DNA of 64,000 nucleotides, from positions 37,397-101,396 of the forward strand of contig CANQNQ010000002.1 of assembly GCA_947625225.1 (NCBI GenBank). The letters run 5' to 3'. The notes beneath the pieces are model-generated. The model made no database searches. It was not told the origin of the DNA and saw only the letters and a list, made by a program, of their open reading frames with translations. Made by a program: the position numbers and the translations under genes. Source of the DNA: an uncultured Clostridia bacterium (GTDB lineage Bacteria; Bacillota; Clostridia; Christensenellales; CAG-917). Positions 37,405 through 47,909 of this stretch are shown here, piece after piece; within the stretch, counting starts at the first letter, position 1; each line of letters starts with the position of its first letter.

Positions 37405-39975
37405 TTAATTTTTGTTTGATTTTGCGCGGGCAAATATGTTGTACGCGCCGCGCGGGCGCGCGTCACGCGCGCGCATTGCCGCGTCAAGTCTGCCAAACGT
37501 GGCTTCCATCCTGTCGCCAAGGCGCTTTCTCAAAAGGCGCATGGCAAGCGAAAGTCCAATGTATATGGGCAGCATAACCGCCGCGATCGTCAGCATAGCC
37601 TTGCCCATCTCCCAAGTGATGTCGTTGGTAAGCCCGAAGAACTCCATCACAATGTCGTGGGGCAGGGGCACGACGTAGCACATAGCAAACAGCGCCAACA
37701 TCAGCGCAAACAGCGCCCCATGTATCCAATTGAAGGGCAGACATACCTTAAACAGCAACATAAACCCCACAAATGTGATGAGTATGATAAACAGCTGCTT
37801 TGCCTGCATGCCCGATATATCCGTAAGGAAATATGTGTTGGCAAGTATAACTGCCGTTGCGCACAGCAGCACCGTGAAGCCGCCCGGCAGCGCGTCCGTC
37901 AGCACCTTGGGCAGGAAGCGACCCTTTACGCGTTCGTGGTTTGGCTCCAGCGCGAGGATGACGGAGGGGATACCTATTGTCACCGCGCCCATCAGCGTAA
38001 GGTTTTGCGGCGTGAAGGGCAGCGTCTGAGGAATAAACATAAACAGAATTGCAAGCAACGTGTTGTACACCGTCTTCATCAGGTACAGCGACGCGGAGCG
38101 TTCAAGATTGTTTATGGAGCGCCTGCCCTCGGCGACTACGCGTGGCATGGAGGCAAAATTGCTGTCCAACAACACCAGCGAGCTCACGTTTTTGGCGGCG
38201 TCCGAACCGCTCGCCATGGCGATGGAGCAGTCCGCGGATTTTAGCGCCAGCACGTCGTTTACGCCGTCGCCCGTCATTGCGACGGTGTGTCCCGCCGCTT
38301 TGAGCGCGTTGACAAGTATAAGTTTTTGTTCGGGCAGCACTCTGCCGAACACGGTGTACTTGGTCGCGGCTTCCCGCACTTCCTCCTCGGTGCGCAGGGT
38401 GGACATATCTATGATGTCGTCGCAGTTTTCAAGCCCCGCGCGCATCGCCACGGCGCGCACCGTAGCGGGATTGTCGCCGGAGATTATCTTGACCGCAACG
38501 CCCTCGTCCCTGAAGAATTTGAGGGTGGCGGGAGCCTCCTTCCTTATGGTGTCCGCGATATATATAAGCGCGATGGGCGCAAGCCCCTCCGGCAGCTTGT
38601 TGTCCTCAAAAGCGGCAGTTGAAGTGGCGATCGTGAGCACTCTAAGTCCTTTTTGCGCCATTTCGTCCACTTTTTTCATTATCTCATCGCGGCCGTCGCG
38701 CAGCACAAATTCGGGCGCGCCGAGCACGTAGGAAACGCCGTCAAAGCGCGCTCCGCTCCACTTGCGTTGGGAGGAAAACGGCACCGTCTGCGTTGCCTTG
38801 CCGCTTGGGGTAAGGTCGGCGACGTAATCCCTGAGAGCGTTTGCGGTGGCATTGTCGTCGGGCAGGGCGGAGGTTATGTTTTTGACTATCTGTTTCAACT
38901 GCTCTTCGCTCACGCCAAGCCCCTCCGCGCCGTCCACGGTCATCGTGCCTTCGGTGATGGTGCCCGTCTTGTCAAGGCACAGCACGTCCACGCGCGCCAG
39001 CGTCTCCACGCAGTACAGATCCTGCGCCAGGGTCTTGTGGCGGGACAGCCTAACTACGCTTACGCAAAACACCGTCGAGGTCAGCGCGACAAGTCCGCTG
39101 GGTATCATGCCCACCACCGAACCGACGGTGGTAAGCGCTATGGTTTTAAGGGTGTCCGTTCCGCCGTTGAGGACGCTGTTGGCTTGCAGGTAGTATTTCA
39201 CCAAAAACAGCGCCACGCCCAGCGGCACAATGACCGCCGCCATCACCTTTACGATGAGCATAAGCGAGCGCCATATCTCGGAGTTGGGCTTTTTCATATA
39301 CTTTGCGCCCGCGCTTATCTTTGCGGCGAAGTTGTCCGCGCCCACGTGTTCCACCTGAGCCTTGGCTTTGCCGGACACTACGAAGCTGCCGGACATCACC
39401 TTGTCGCCGATTTCTTTCACTATAGCGTCGCTCTCGCCGGTGATGAGGCTTTCGTTGACCTCTATGCGTCCCTCGCGCACGATGGCGTCCGCGCATATCT
39501 GACAGCCGCTCGCAAGCACGGTTATGTCGTCAAGCACTATGTCGCTTACCGCAATTTCGCGCTCGACCCCGTCGCGCAGCACAGTCGCTTTGGGCGCGGA
39601 GATGAGTGATAACTTGTCTATAGTGCGTTTTGCGCGCACTTCCTGTATGATGCCGATAAGCGCGTTGACCACGACCAACGCCATAAAGCCGAAGTTGCCA
39701 ATCGCGCTCAAAAAACCGCCTTCCCAATCGGAGCAGGCGGCGGTGATGACGGCAAGCGCAACAAACACCGCGTTGAAAAAGGTAAGCAGATTTTCCCTGC
39801 AGATCTGCGCGATGGATTTGGTCTTGACGTTCTGATCGCCGTTTTGTTTGCCCTCGGCGACGCGTTTTTCCACCTCGGCGGCGCTAAGACCCGTTTGGAC
39901 GTCTGTTTGCGGCGAGTTTTCCTCGGGAGATTGAGTTGAGTCGGTCATTTCCCCGACGGAGATGTTGTTATCCAT
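37405..39975 (-). CDS. Cation-translocating P-type ATPase (CtpE-like)
   Basis: 'TGES', 'IPSGL', 'DKTGTIT' phosphorylation motif and 'MTGDGVND'. Confidence 0.93.
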   Translation of the reverse strand: MDNNISVGEMTDSTQSPEENSPQTDVQTGLSAAEVEKRVAEGKQNGDQNVKTKSIAQICRENLLTFFNAVFVALAVITAACSDWEGGFLSAIGNFGFMALVVVNALIGIIQEVRAKRTIDKLSLISAPKATVLRDGVEREIAVSDIVLDDITVLASGCQICADAIVREGRIEVNESLITGESDAIVKEIGDKVMSGSFVVSGKAKAQVEHVGADNFAAKISAGAKYMKKPNSEIWRSLMLIVKVMAAVIVPLGVALFLVKYYLQANSVLNGGTDTLKTIALTTVGSVVGMIPSGLVALTSTVFCVSVVRLSRHKTLAQDLYCVETLARVDVLCLDKTGTITEGTMTVDGAEGLGVSEEQLKQIVKNITSALPDDNATANALRDYVADLTPSGKATQTVPFSSQRKWSGARFDGVSYVLGAPEFVLRDGRDEIMKKVDEMAQKGLRVLTIATSTAAFEDNKLPEGLAPIALIYIADTIRKEAPATLKFFRDEGVAVKIISGDNPATVRAVAMRAGLENCDDIIDMSTLRTEEEVREAATKYTVFGRVLPEQKLILVNALKAAGHTVAMTGDGVNDVLALKSADCSIAMASGSDAAKNVSSLVLLDSNFASMPRVVAEGRRSINNLERSASLYLMKTVYNTLLAILFMFIPQTLPFTPQNLTLMGAVTIGIPSVILALEPNHERVKGRFLPKVLTDALPGGFTVLLCATAVILANTYFLTDISGMQAKQLFIILITFVGFMLLFKVCLPFNWIHGALFALMLALFAMCYVVPLPHDIVMEFFGLTNDITWEMGKAMLTIAAVMLPIYIGLSLAMRLLRKRLGDRMEATFGRLDAAMRARDARPRGAYNIFARAKSNKN

Positions 39976-40076
39976 ATTGTCAAATTTCCCATATTTATTT
40001 TACCACACACATCAATGTTTGGCAATACCAATTGTTTTAAGTCATATCTCGGCGGATGGCGGCATACATTTTGCGT

Positions 40077-40739
40077 ATGAAAAGAAAATTTGTGTTGTGT
40101 GCAGTCACCCTTATCCTTGCAATTTGCGTCCTGTTTTGCGCCTGCAACAAAAAGGACGATGTCGAACCAAAATCCAACGTCTGTCGCCGCACGGACGGCT
40201 ATCTTGCGGGGGAGAGCGAAAGCTTTGCCGTCAGCATAGAAAGCGGCTGCCGTGAAAAATGCTTCATTGCGGACGGAAAGGCGACGGACGTGATACCTTT
40301 TTGCGAGATAAATATAACGCCGCTTGTGACGATCGATCGCGACAGCATATCCTTTGCGCTGACGGACGGCGAGGGCAACTCGCTCAGCGGCGCTTGCGAA
40401 GGCGGCAAATTCGGCGAATTTTGCGCGGATATAACACTCGATTTCACTCCGACAGCCGTCACAGTTACGGCGGGGGAGAAGAGCAGCGAGATAGAGCTGT
40501 GCGACGTGCTCGATGGGTGCATCACCGCCGCGGACGCCATCAATATAGCCGCAGATGCATTCAAGGACGCTCTTGAAAAAGAGGACGCCGAGGGTAAACA
40601 TGAGCGAGAGATATATGTCAAAGTCATCACGGGCGACAGACTCAACTACTACTATTACGTGTCGTTTATAGGCGACGGCGTGGACTACCGCGCTGTGCTG
40701 ATAGACGTCAAGACGGGCGAGATAGCGTCAAAAAAGTAG
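40077..40739 (+). CDS. Hypothetical lipoprotein (PepSY-like C-terminus)
   Basis: Lipobox 'FCAC'; 'ITAADAINIA...LIDVKTGEI'. Confidence 0.65.
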   Translation: MKRKFVLCAVTLILAICVLFCACNKKDDVEPKSNVCRRTDGYLAGESESFAVSIESGCREKCFIADGKATDVIPFCEINITPLVTIDRDSISFALTDGEGNSLSGACEGGKFGEFCADITLDFTPTAVTVTAGEKSSEIELCDVLDGCITAADAINIAADAFKDALEKEDAEGKHEREIYVKVITGDRLNYYYYVSFIGDGVDYRAVLIDVKTGEIASKK

Positions 40740-40907
40740 GGGAGAGCATAAAAAAATCCGGACTTGACAGTCCGAATAAAAACCAAATGCGGCGCAACAA
40801 GCCAAAGTGCCGCGCCGATAAAATGCCATGTGCATGCGCCTCATGGCAATCAACGGTGCAAGATATGATATGCGCTCCCTAAAAAAGGGAGCGCAAATAT
40901 GATCTTG

Positions 40908-41180
40908 TCAGTTGAACAGATCCTTGTAAGCCTTTCCGAACTTGAGCACAGGCGCGTTGGAGGGGCCGATGGTGATGGGCTGGTTGGATCTGGGATTGTA
41001 GCCCTGTCTTTCGGGTTTGACCTTGAGTTCGTATGAACCGAAGTTGGCGATGGCAACTTTATCTCCGGACTTCAGCGCTTCGGTGATGACATCCTGATAT
41101 GCATTCACTGCGGCGGTTGCGTCTTTGAGAGAAATGTCTGCTTTCTTTGCGATTGCTTTGATAAAATCTGCTTTGTTCAT
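40908..41180 (-). CDS. hup: HU family DNA-binding protein
   Basis: 'MNKADFIKAIA...NFGSYE...RQGYNPRS...KFGKAYKD'; AAGGAGG RBS. Confidence 0.95.
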   Translation of the reverse strand: MNKADFIKAIAKKADISLKDATAAVNAYQDVITEALKSGDKVAIANFGSYELKVKPERQGYNPRSNQPITIGPSNAPVLKFGKAYKDLFN

Positions 41181-41448
41181 TAGGTGACCTCCTTAAGGTT
41201 ATGGTGATATTATAAGTCATAAGCGGAAAAAACGCAAGCCTTTATTTACATTATGTCCGCTGTTTGGTTGATTTTTGTCAAAAATCGCGTGAATATACCC
41301 ATTGTATACGATATTGACCGCCTTATTTTGTTGCGCAAACAGTCATTATGTATATTCTGTATGGTTTTCTTGTATAAAATGCATATTTACAATCGCCCGC
41401 GAGTTTGTTATAATATAATAAAGAATTTTTTATATTCGGAGGACAATT

Positions 41449-43068
41449 ATGGCAAACGGCTACGGAATTTCCGAGTGGCAAGACGCAAAAGAAATATACA
41501 AAGAGCTGAATGAACTTACATCCAAACCGATATATTGCGTATCGGACGACGCGCTCAAGCGCATATTGGAGCACTTTGACACCAAGTGCGCCGCTTCAAA
41601 GGAGATCACCACCGAGGCGAAAAAGTATATCCCCGGCGGCGTGCAGCACAACCTTGCGTTCAACTACCCCTTCCCCATGTGCATGGAAAAGGCGGAGGGC
41701 GCATACCTGTATGACCGCGACGGCAATCAGTATATAGACTTTTTGCAGGCGGGCGGCCCCACCATCCTCGGCAGCAATTATCCCGCAGTCAAGGAAAAGG
41801 TGTTTGAGCTTCTCAATCACTGCGGCCCCGTCACGGGTCTGTTCCACGAGGGCGAGCTGTTGCTCGCAAAGAAGATAAGCGAGCTGATGCCCGCATGCGA
41901 GATGTTCCGTATGCTCGGCAGCGGTACGGAGTCCGTCATGGCGGCGATAAGAGTCGCGCGCTGCGCCACAAAGAAAAAGCGCGTCATCAAGATAGGCGGC
42001 GCATATCACGGCTGGTCCGACCAGATGGTCTACGGCCTCAAGATCCCCGGAAGCAGACAGTTCTTGGAATCTCACGGCATCCCCGGCAGCTACGGCACGA
42101 CGGACGAAGTGCGTCCCAACGACCTCAAGATGCTTGAAAAGATGCTGCGCAAAAACCAGCTTCGCGGCGGCACGGCGGCGGTCATTGTGGAGCCCGTCGG
42201 TCCCGAATCCGGCACCCGTCCCATCGATTTCGATTACAACGAGAAGGCGCGTATCCTGGCAAAGAAGTACGGCGCATTGTTCATCTTTGACGAAGTCGTC
42301 ACCGGCTTCAGAGTGGGCATCCACGGCGCGGCAGGCTACTTCTTCGGCGAGAAGTACCCCTACAACGACAGCCCCGTCACCATCAACGGCGCTCCTTGGC
42401 TCATCAAGAAGAAGGTCGTCAAGGATGGCAAGGTGAAGGAAGTCACAGTGCAGGGCACCAACAGAGATATGTATCCCGACCTCACCGTGTTCGGCAAGAT
42501 CGTTGCGGGCGGCTATCCCGCAGCGGGCGGCGTCGGCGGCAAGAAGGAATATGTCAGCCTTATGGCGGCAGGCCTTGCGGGCATGGGCAAAAAAGCGTAC
42601 GTGGGCGGCACCCTCGCGGCAAACCCCCTCAGCTCCTATGCGGGCTACGTCGCGATTTGCGAGATAGAGAAGAACAACGCTTGCGAAGTCGCGGGTCGCG
42701 CGGGCGACAGACTCGCCGCAGGCCTCAAGGCGTTGATCAAAAAGTACAACCTGCCTTACGTTGTTTACAATCAGGGCTCCATCGTGCACCTCGAATGCAC
42801 CGGCGCAATGAGCTATGACTTCAGCAGCATGAGCTTGCTCGGCTCCGTCATTCCTCTCCTCAAGAAAAAACCCGAAATGCTCCGCCGCAAGGTCGCAATG
42901 GAACAGATGGGCGCCGCCTATATGGCAAACGGTCTCGTAACTCTCGCCGGCTCCCGCCTCTACACCTCCATGGCAGACACCGATGAGGTCATCGACGAGG
43001 CGTTGCGCCGCTTTGAGAATGTGTTTAGGGATGTGGTGGAGTGTAAAGATAACTCCCGCTTTGAATAA
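41449..43068 (+). CDS. Class III PLP aminotransferase, glutamate-1-semialdehyde-aminomutase-like
   Basis: 'IPGGV', 'DGNQYIDF', 'SGTESVM', 'YHGWSD', 'IFDEVVTGFR', 'FGKIVAGG' (PLP Lys) and 'GGTLAANPLS'. Confidence 0.88.
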   Translation: MANGYGISEWQDAKEIYKELNELTSKPIYCVSDDALKRILEHFDTKCAASKEITTEAKKYIPGGVQHNLAFNYPFPMCMEKAEGAYLYDRDGNQYIDFLQAGGPTILGSNYPAVKEKVFELLNHCGPVTGLFHEGELLLAKKISELMPACEMFRMLGSGTESVMAAIRVARCATKKKRVIKIGGAYHGWSDQMVYGLKIPGSRQFLESHGIPGSYGTTDEVRPNDLKMLEKMLRKNQLRGGTAAVIVEPVGPESGTRPIDFDYNEKARILAKKYGALFIFDEVVTGFRVGIHGAAGYFFGEKYPYNDSPVTINGAPWLIKKKVVKDGKVKEVTVQGTNRDMYPDLTVFGKIVAGGYPAAGGVGGKKEYVSLMAAGLAGMGKKAYVGGTLAANPLSSYAGYVAICEIEKNNACEVAGRAGDRLAAGLKALIKKYNLPYVVYNQGSIVHLECTGAMSYDFSSMSLLGSVIPLLKKKPEMLRRKVAMEQMGAAYMANGLVTLAGSRLYTSMADTDEVIDEALRRFENVFRDVVECKDNSRFE

Positions 43069-43070
43069 AA

Positions 43071-43578
43071 AAACCGCACCAGGCAGCGAATAACTGTGTC
43101 AACGCCCATCTCCATTCGCGTCATGTACAAAAAGTACATTAGGCGCTTGAGAGATGGGCGTTTCCTTGTTCTTCATCTGCCTGGAGCGGTTTTTTATATT
43201 ATATTAAGTACATTAGGCGGCTTGGCAAACCCCTCTTTCGCGCTATACATCTAAATCACGCAGTTTTTTTTAATAATATTTGTGGTACATATAAATTGGG
43301 GTCCCCGCGAAAACACTTTGTGTTTTTGTGGGGTATAGTAGCGAATAACTGTGTCAGGAGCACCCGCTCTGTCGACCATGTACAAAAAGTACATTGGGTC
43401 GCCGTATCGGGTGCCCCTTCCTTGTTCTTCATCTGCCTGGATCGGTTTTTTGATATGCCGATAAGTACATTAGGCTGTCCGCCCGCGGGCGTTTTCGCGC
43501 TATACATCTAAATCCCGCAGTTTTTTAATATTATTTGGGGTCCCCAAGCAAATGAGCTTACGAATTTGTTGGGGTAAA
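43071..43578. repeat. Composite structured intergenic repeat, locus B
   Basis: Units 43071-43268 and 43340-43526 plus GGGGTCCCC hairpins 43298-43337 and 43537-43578; homologous to 9576-10049. Confidence 0.9.
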
Positions 43579-43769
43579 ATGTTGGGGACGGAGCAAAAAT
43601 GTTACATTTGTCTTTGCCAAATCTAACATTTCAGGCGGTGTTGTTCCGTCCCCGCAACGGCAATTCGGGGCGCCCATCCAATTTGTATGCAAATTGAATG
43701 GGGTAAATTGACATCGCATAGCGCATTTGGTATTATATAGGGGATAAAGCTGTGTTTGAAGGTAGCGTT

Positions 43770-44909
43770 ATGAAAAAGAGCAGAAAGATTGTGGCAATTG
43801 TACTTATCGTGGTGTTCGGCGCCGCGGCAATATTCAGCCTTGTGATAGGCGGGATCGCCATTTGGCGCAGTCAGAAGTATCTGAACAACTACGATTTTTC
43901 TCCGCTTGGCGGCGCGGCAAACAAGGTAGTGCTGTTCATCGGCGACGGCATGGGATTCAATCACATCAAAGTTACGTCAAGCTACTATGAAAAAGATATG
44001 TTTGTTGACTCCATGGAGTATAAGGGCGAGATAACCACATTTTCGCGCAGCGTACTTGCCCCCACGGACAGCGCCGCCGCGGGAAGCGCGCTGGCAACGG
44101 GACGTAAACACTATCTTGGGCAGGTGGCGAGGCGCTACAGCAAGGACGTAGAGACCATCGCCGAAACCGTCAAAAAGCAGGGGCTTGGCGTGGGCATCGT
44201 CACAACGGACAAGCTGAGCGGCGCGACCCCCGCAAGTTTTTCCGCACACACGTGGCTGAGGAGCAATTCGGACGAGATAATATCCGACCAGGCGAAGAGC
44301 AATTTCGACCTGTTTCTGGGCGCGGGCAAGGAGGACTACGAGGCGAAAAAGCAGAAGTTTGTGGACAACGGCTACACGTTCTGTACAAATATGAACGAAC
44401 TTGGCGAGGCGGACGGCAAGATCATCGCCGCGTTCGGCGGGCTGTCCGCGTCCGCAGGGGAAGGCGATATGTCCGAGGCGCCCACACTCAGTATGCTGAC
44501 TGAATTTGCGCTGAGCTATATGGAGCAAAAATATCCGCAAGGCTACTTTTTGATGATAGAGGGCGCGCATATCGACAAGCGCAGCCATCGTAACGACGTG
44601 TTTGGCATGGTGGAATACCTCGACAATTTTGACGAGAGCATCCGCTTTGCCTGCGAAACGTTGGGCGAGATGGACAACACCGCTGTGCTGGTTACCGCCG
44701 ACCACGAAACGGGCGACTTGCAGTTTGACGGTCAGACCAAGGCGCAAATAAGCAACGACCTCTACCGCCGCGGCGGACATTCCACCGCAAACGTCCCGTA
44801 TTTTATGAACCTCAACACACTTAAGAGCGTGGACGTCGCCTCAGTGATAGGCAAACGCATGGACAATACCGATATTTACAAGATAATAAAGGCATTTATG
44901 GGCTTATAA
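43770..44909 (+). CDS. Membrane-anchored alkaline phosphatase
   Basis: 'VVLFIGDGMG', 'TDSAAAGSALATG', 'ATPASFSAH', 'LMIEGAHIDKRSH' and 'VTADHETG'; promoter TTGACA-17-TATTAT at 43708-43736. Confidence 0.93.
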   Translation: MKKSRKIVAIVLIVVFGAAAIFSLVIGGIAIWRSQKYLNNYDFSPLGGAANKVVLFIGDGMGFNHIKVTSSYYEKDMFVDSMEYKGEITTFSRSVLAPTDSAAAGSALATGRKHYLGQVARRYSKDVETIAETVKKQGLGVGIVTTDKLSGATPASFSAHTWLRSNSDEIISDQAKSNFDLFLGAGKEDYEAKKQKFVDNGYTFCTNMNELGEADGKIIAAFGGLSASAGEGDMSEAPTLSMLTEFALSYMEQKYPQGYFLMIEGAHIDKRSHRNDVFGMVEYLDNFDESIRFACETLGEMDNTAVLVTADHETGDLQFDGQTKAQISNDLYRRGGHSTANVPYFMNLNTLKSVDVASVIGKRMDNTDIYKIIKAFMGL

Positions 44910-44919
44910 TAATTGCTGC

Positions 44920-45298
44920 GTGCCGGGCGCTTTTCTGAGCGCAAAGCTTAAAGGCACTACGCGACTTTACCCCACGAAATCACTTCGTAATTTTGCGGGG
45001 ACCCCGAGAAAAAATTGACGCTTCACAATTCGCATTTGATATTTTGGCAAGTCGGGAAGTAGAAATGCTCATGGCTTGCTATTTTTTGTGCTTGGTGTGG
45101 GGGCTTCGCCCATCCTTTAGTGCCGGGCGCTTTTCTGAGCGCAAAGCTTAAAGGCACTCCGCGACTTTACCCCACGAAATCACTTCGTAATTTTGCGGGG
45201 ACCCCGAGAAAAAATTGACGCTTCACAATTCGCATTTGATATTTTGGCAAGTCGGGAAGTAGAAATGCTCATGGCTTGCTATTTTTTGTGCTTGGTGA
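44920..45298. repeat. Near-identical tandem repeat, period 200 bp (2 units)
   Basis: GTGCCGGGCGCTTTTCTGAGC... starts at 44920 and 45120; about 178 bp nearly identical, then the units diverge. Confidence 0.92.
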
Positions 45299-45618
45299 TG
45301 CGCCTGCGGCGCAGTGGGGCTTTGCCGTCCCCAACGCAACAGGCATCAGGTAGAGGAGAAAACTCAAATTTTCCAACCTCATATATAAAAAATCACCGGA
45401 TGTGCCGGTGATTTTTTTGATAGAAACACAGTTGATATGTTTATCTTTGTTTGTATAGCATACGCTTGAAAAAACTGCAAGAGCGCGAGGGTATAAAAAT
45501 GGGCCGTGAAAAAGTGATTGAGGAAGAGGCAAAATAAAGTAAATTCGTTATTGCAATATCTTGATATTATGTTATAATATAATAGAATAATGCTAAAATG
45601 TCCGTAAGGAGTCCAAAG

Positions 45619-47706
45619 ATGGCAAAGCTGCTGAAATGCTCTAAATGCAACAAAATCATTTATGTTGACGCTGCGCGCAAGATAATCGAATGCCCCGATT
45701 GCGGCACGCAATATCGCAACACCTTTTACGTCGACCCGATGGCGGCGCGCGAGGAGAAGGAGGGCATACCCACTTTCGATATGTCGCCGGATCTTGTGCC
45801 CGTGTTTATGAAGGCGAAAGAGGGCGATCTCGAGTCCATAAAGCAGATGGCGTTTTGCTACAGCACCGGGCAGGGCGCGCCACTCAACAGGGAAAAGGCG
45901 GTGGAGTACTTCACGGAAGCCGCGGAGCAGGGCGACAAGGAGTCGCAATATCAGCTTGCAAATCATTATTCAACGGGACTCGGCGTAAAGCGTTCGGACG
46001 AGCTTGCGGCAAAATACTATATCATGGCGGCTAAGAAGTGCCATGTGGATTCGATGTACTATGCGGGCTGGCATTACTACCTCGGCAAGGGCGTCAAGAA
46101 GGACGAGGTAGAGGCGGCAAAGTATTTCAGAGCAGCCGCAAAGAGAGATCACGACAAGGCGCAGTGCATGCTGGGCGTGTGCTACGCAAACGGCGTGGGA
46201 TTTGAAGCCAACGCCAAAAAGGCGGCGGAATGGTTTGGAAAATCCGCCGAACAGGGCTATGCGCGCGCGCAATACAACTATGGCGTGTGCTTCGACAGAG
46301 GAGAGGGCGTAAAGCAGAGTTACTCAACTGCCGCAAAGTGGTTTTTCAAGGCGGCGGAGCAGGGTGACGTGGACGCGCAATACGATCTCGCGCTGATGTA
46401 TCTTGATGGGCACGGCGTAAAGAAAAACGCGCAAAAGAGCCTTATGTGGTTCAAAAAAGCCGCCGAACAGGGCGACGTGGACGCACAATACAACGCGGGC
46501 ATAATGTATGACGAAGGGCTTGGCGAGAAGACCAGCTATATAAAGGCTGCCAAGCTGTATAAACAGGCGGCGGAGCAGGATGACAGAGACGCAATGTTCA
46601 ATTCCGCCGTGTGCTACCACCTCGGACAGGGCGTAAAGAAGGACTATGCCGAGGCGACAAAGCGCTATATCAAGGCGGCGGTCAAGGGCGACGTGGACGC
46701 AATGTTCAACCTCGGCACCATCTACCGCACCCGCGACGACGGCAACGCGCGCAATATAGAGGCGGTCAAATGGTATCGCGCCGCCGCGGAGCAGGGCGAC
46801 AGGGACGCGCAATACAACCTTGCCGTGTGCTATCACAAGGGCGAGGGCGTCAACCAAAACTACGACGAGGCATTCAGATGGTATCGTACTGCGGCAGACA
46901 ACGGTTGCACCGCCGCATACTTCAACCTCGGCCAATGCTACTTTGAGGGCATGGGCGTGCCCAAAGATTACACCGAGGCGTTCAAGTGTTTCCGCGACGC
47001 TACCGACGCAGAGGAATCAGACAGCGACGCCGCGCTGATGCTTGGCTACTGCTACCTGTCCGGGCTTGGCGTGGATTCGGATTTTGATAAGGCAATGGAG
47101 CTGTTCAAGCGCTCCGCCGATCTGGGCAATAAGTTTGCAAAACGCAACCTGGGTGCGCTTTTGGGCAGCAGACGTTACAATACCGTGGATCCGCTGGAAG
47201 CAGTCAAGGGCTATAAGGAAGCGGCGGCAGAGGGCGACATCGACGCGCAATTCAACCTGGGCGTCTACTACGACAACGGCTTCGGCGTGCCGCAGAATTA
47301 TGCCGAGGCTATAAAGTGGTACAAGAGGGCGGCGGATCAAGGCAACGAGCTTGCGCAATACAATCTCGCGGTCATGTACATCCGCGGCATAGGCGTTGAA
47401 CAGAGCTACGAGGAGGGCGCCAAATTGCTTGAAAAGGCGGCAAACAAGGGACTGTCCACCGCACAGCTCTACCTCGGTCATTGCTATTTGCTGGGCAAGG
47501 GCGTGGAACAGAACCTGTCCATGGCGAGCCACCTGTACAGCCTCGCGGCAGAACAGATGAACATCGGCGACGAGTTCGACTTTGACTTCCGCTTCAGCAG
47601 CGCCACCATCCGCGTGTTCCGCATCAACAACGCAAAGGACGTGGTGACGGACATCCGCGAGAGGAGAGAGCATATCCGCGTGGAACGCCGCGGCTTTGCA
47701 AAATGA
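45619..47706 (+). CDS. Sel1-like repeat protein with N-terminal zinc ribbon
   Basis: 'CSKC...CPDC'; more than a dozen 'A(Q/M)(Y/F)NLG.CY..G.GV....A.KW...AAEQG' repeats. Confidence 0.92.
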   Translation: MAKLLKCSKCNKIIYVDAARKIIECPDCGTQYRNTFYVDPMAAREEKEGIPTFDMSPDLVPVFMKAKEGDLESIKQMAFCYSTGQGAPLNREKAVEYFTEAAEQGDKESQYQLANHYSTGLGVKRSDELAAKYYIMAAKKCHVDSMYYAGWHYYLGKGVKKDEVEAAKYFRAAAKRDHDKAQCMLGVCYANGVGFEANAKKAAEWFGKSAEQGYARAQYNYGVCFDRGEGVKQSYSTAAKWFFKAAEQGDVDAQYDLALMYLDGHGVKKNAQKSLMWFKKAAEQGDVDAQYNAGIMYDEGLGEKTSYIKAAKLYKQAAEQDDRDAMFNSAVCYHLGQGVKKDYAEATKRYIKAAVKGDVDAMFNLGTIYRTRDDGNARNIEAVKWYRAAAEQGDRDAQYNLAVCYHKGEGVNQNYDEAFRWYRTAADNGCTAAYFNLGQCYFEGMGVPKDYTEAFKCFRDATDAEESDSDAALMLGYCYLSGLGVDSDFDKAMELFKRSADLGNKFAKRNLGALLGSRRYNTVDPLEAVKGYKEAAAEGDIDAQFNLGVYYDNGFGVPQNYAEAIKWYKRAADQGNELAQYNLAVMYIRGIGVEQSYEEGAKLLEKAANKGLSTAQLYLGHCYLLGKGVEQNLSMASHLYSLAAEQMNIGDEFDFDFRFSSATIRVFRINNAKDVVTDIRERREHIRVERRGFAK

Positions 47707-47909
47707 TATAAATGCGTATAAATACAAAAACTTCCGCTTTTGCTTTGCGGGAGTTTTTTTGTGCAAACAAGCTGGTCGGCGGGACAAAATATCAAAAAAA
47801 TTTTTGCAAATTGTGCAAATAATGCTTTATATTATTCCAAATGTTTGGTAGTATATTATATAGACAATAATCATATATAAGACGCGCTTAAAGGCGCGCA
47901 AGGAGAAAT

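Noticed and set aside
41700-41715. Additional ACCTGTATG matches to the array motif (also ~6362)
   Set aside because: Only the 8-9 bp core matches, explained by Tyr-Leu-Tyr codons, without the CTCA and A/T-tract flanks; not counted
41449-43068. Calling the aminotransferase hemL
   Set aside because: Divergent motifs, extra segments and no tetrapyrrole gene context; left without a symbol
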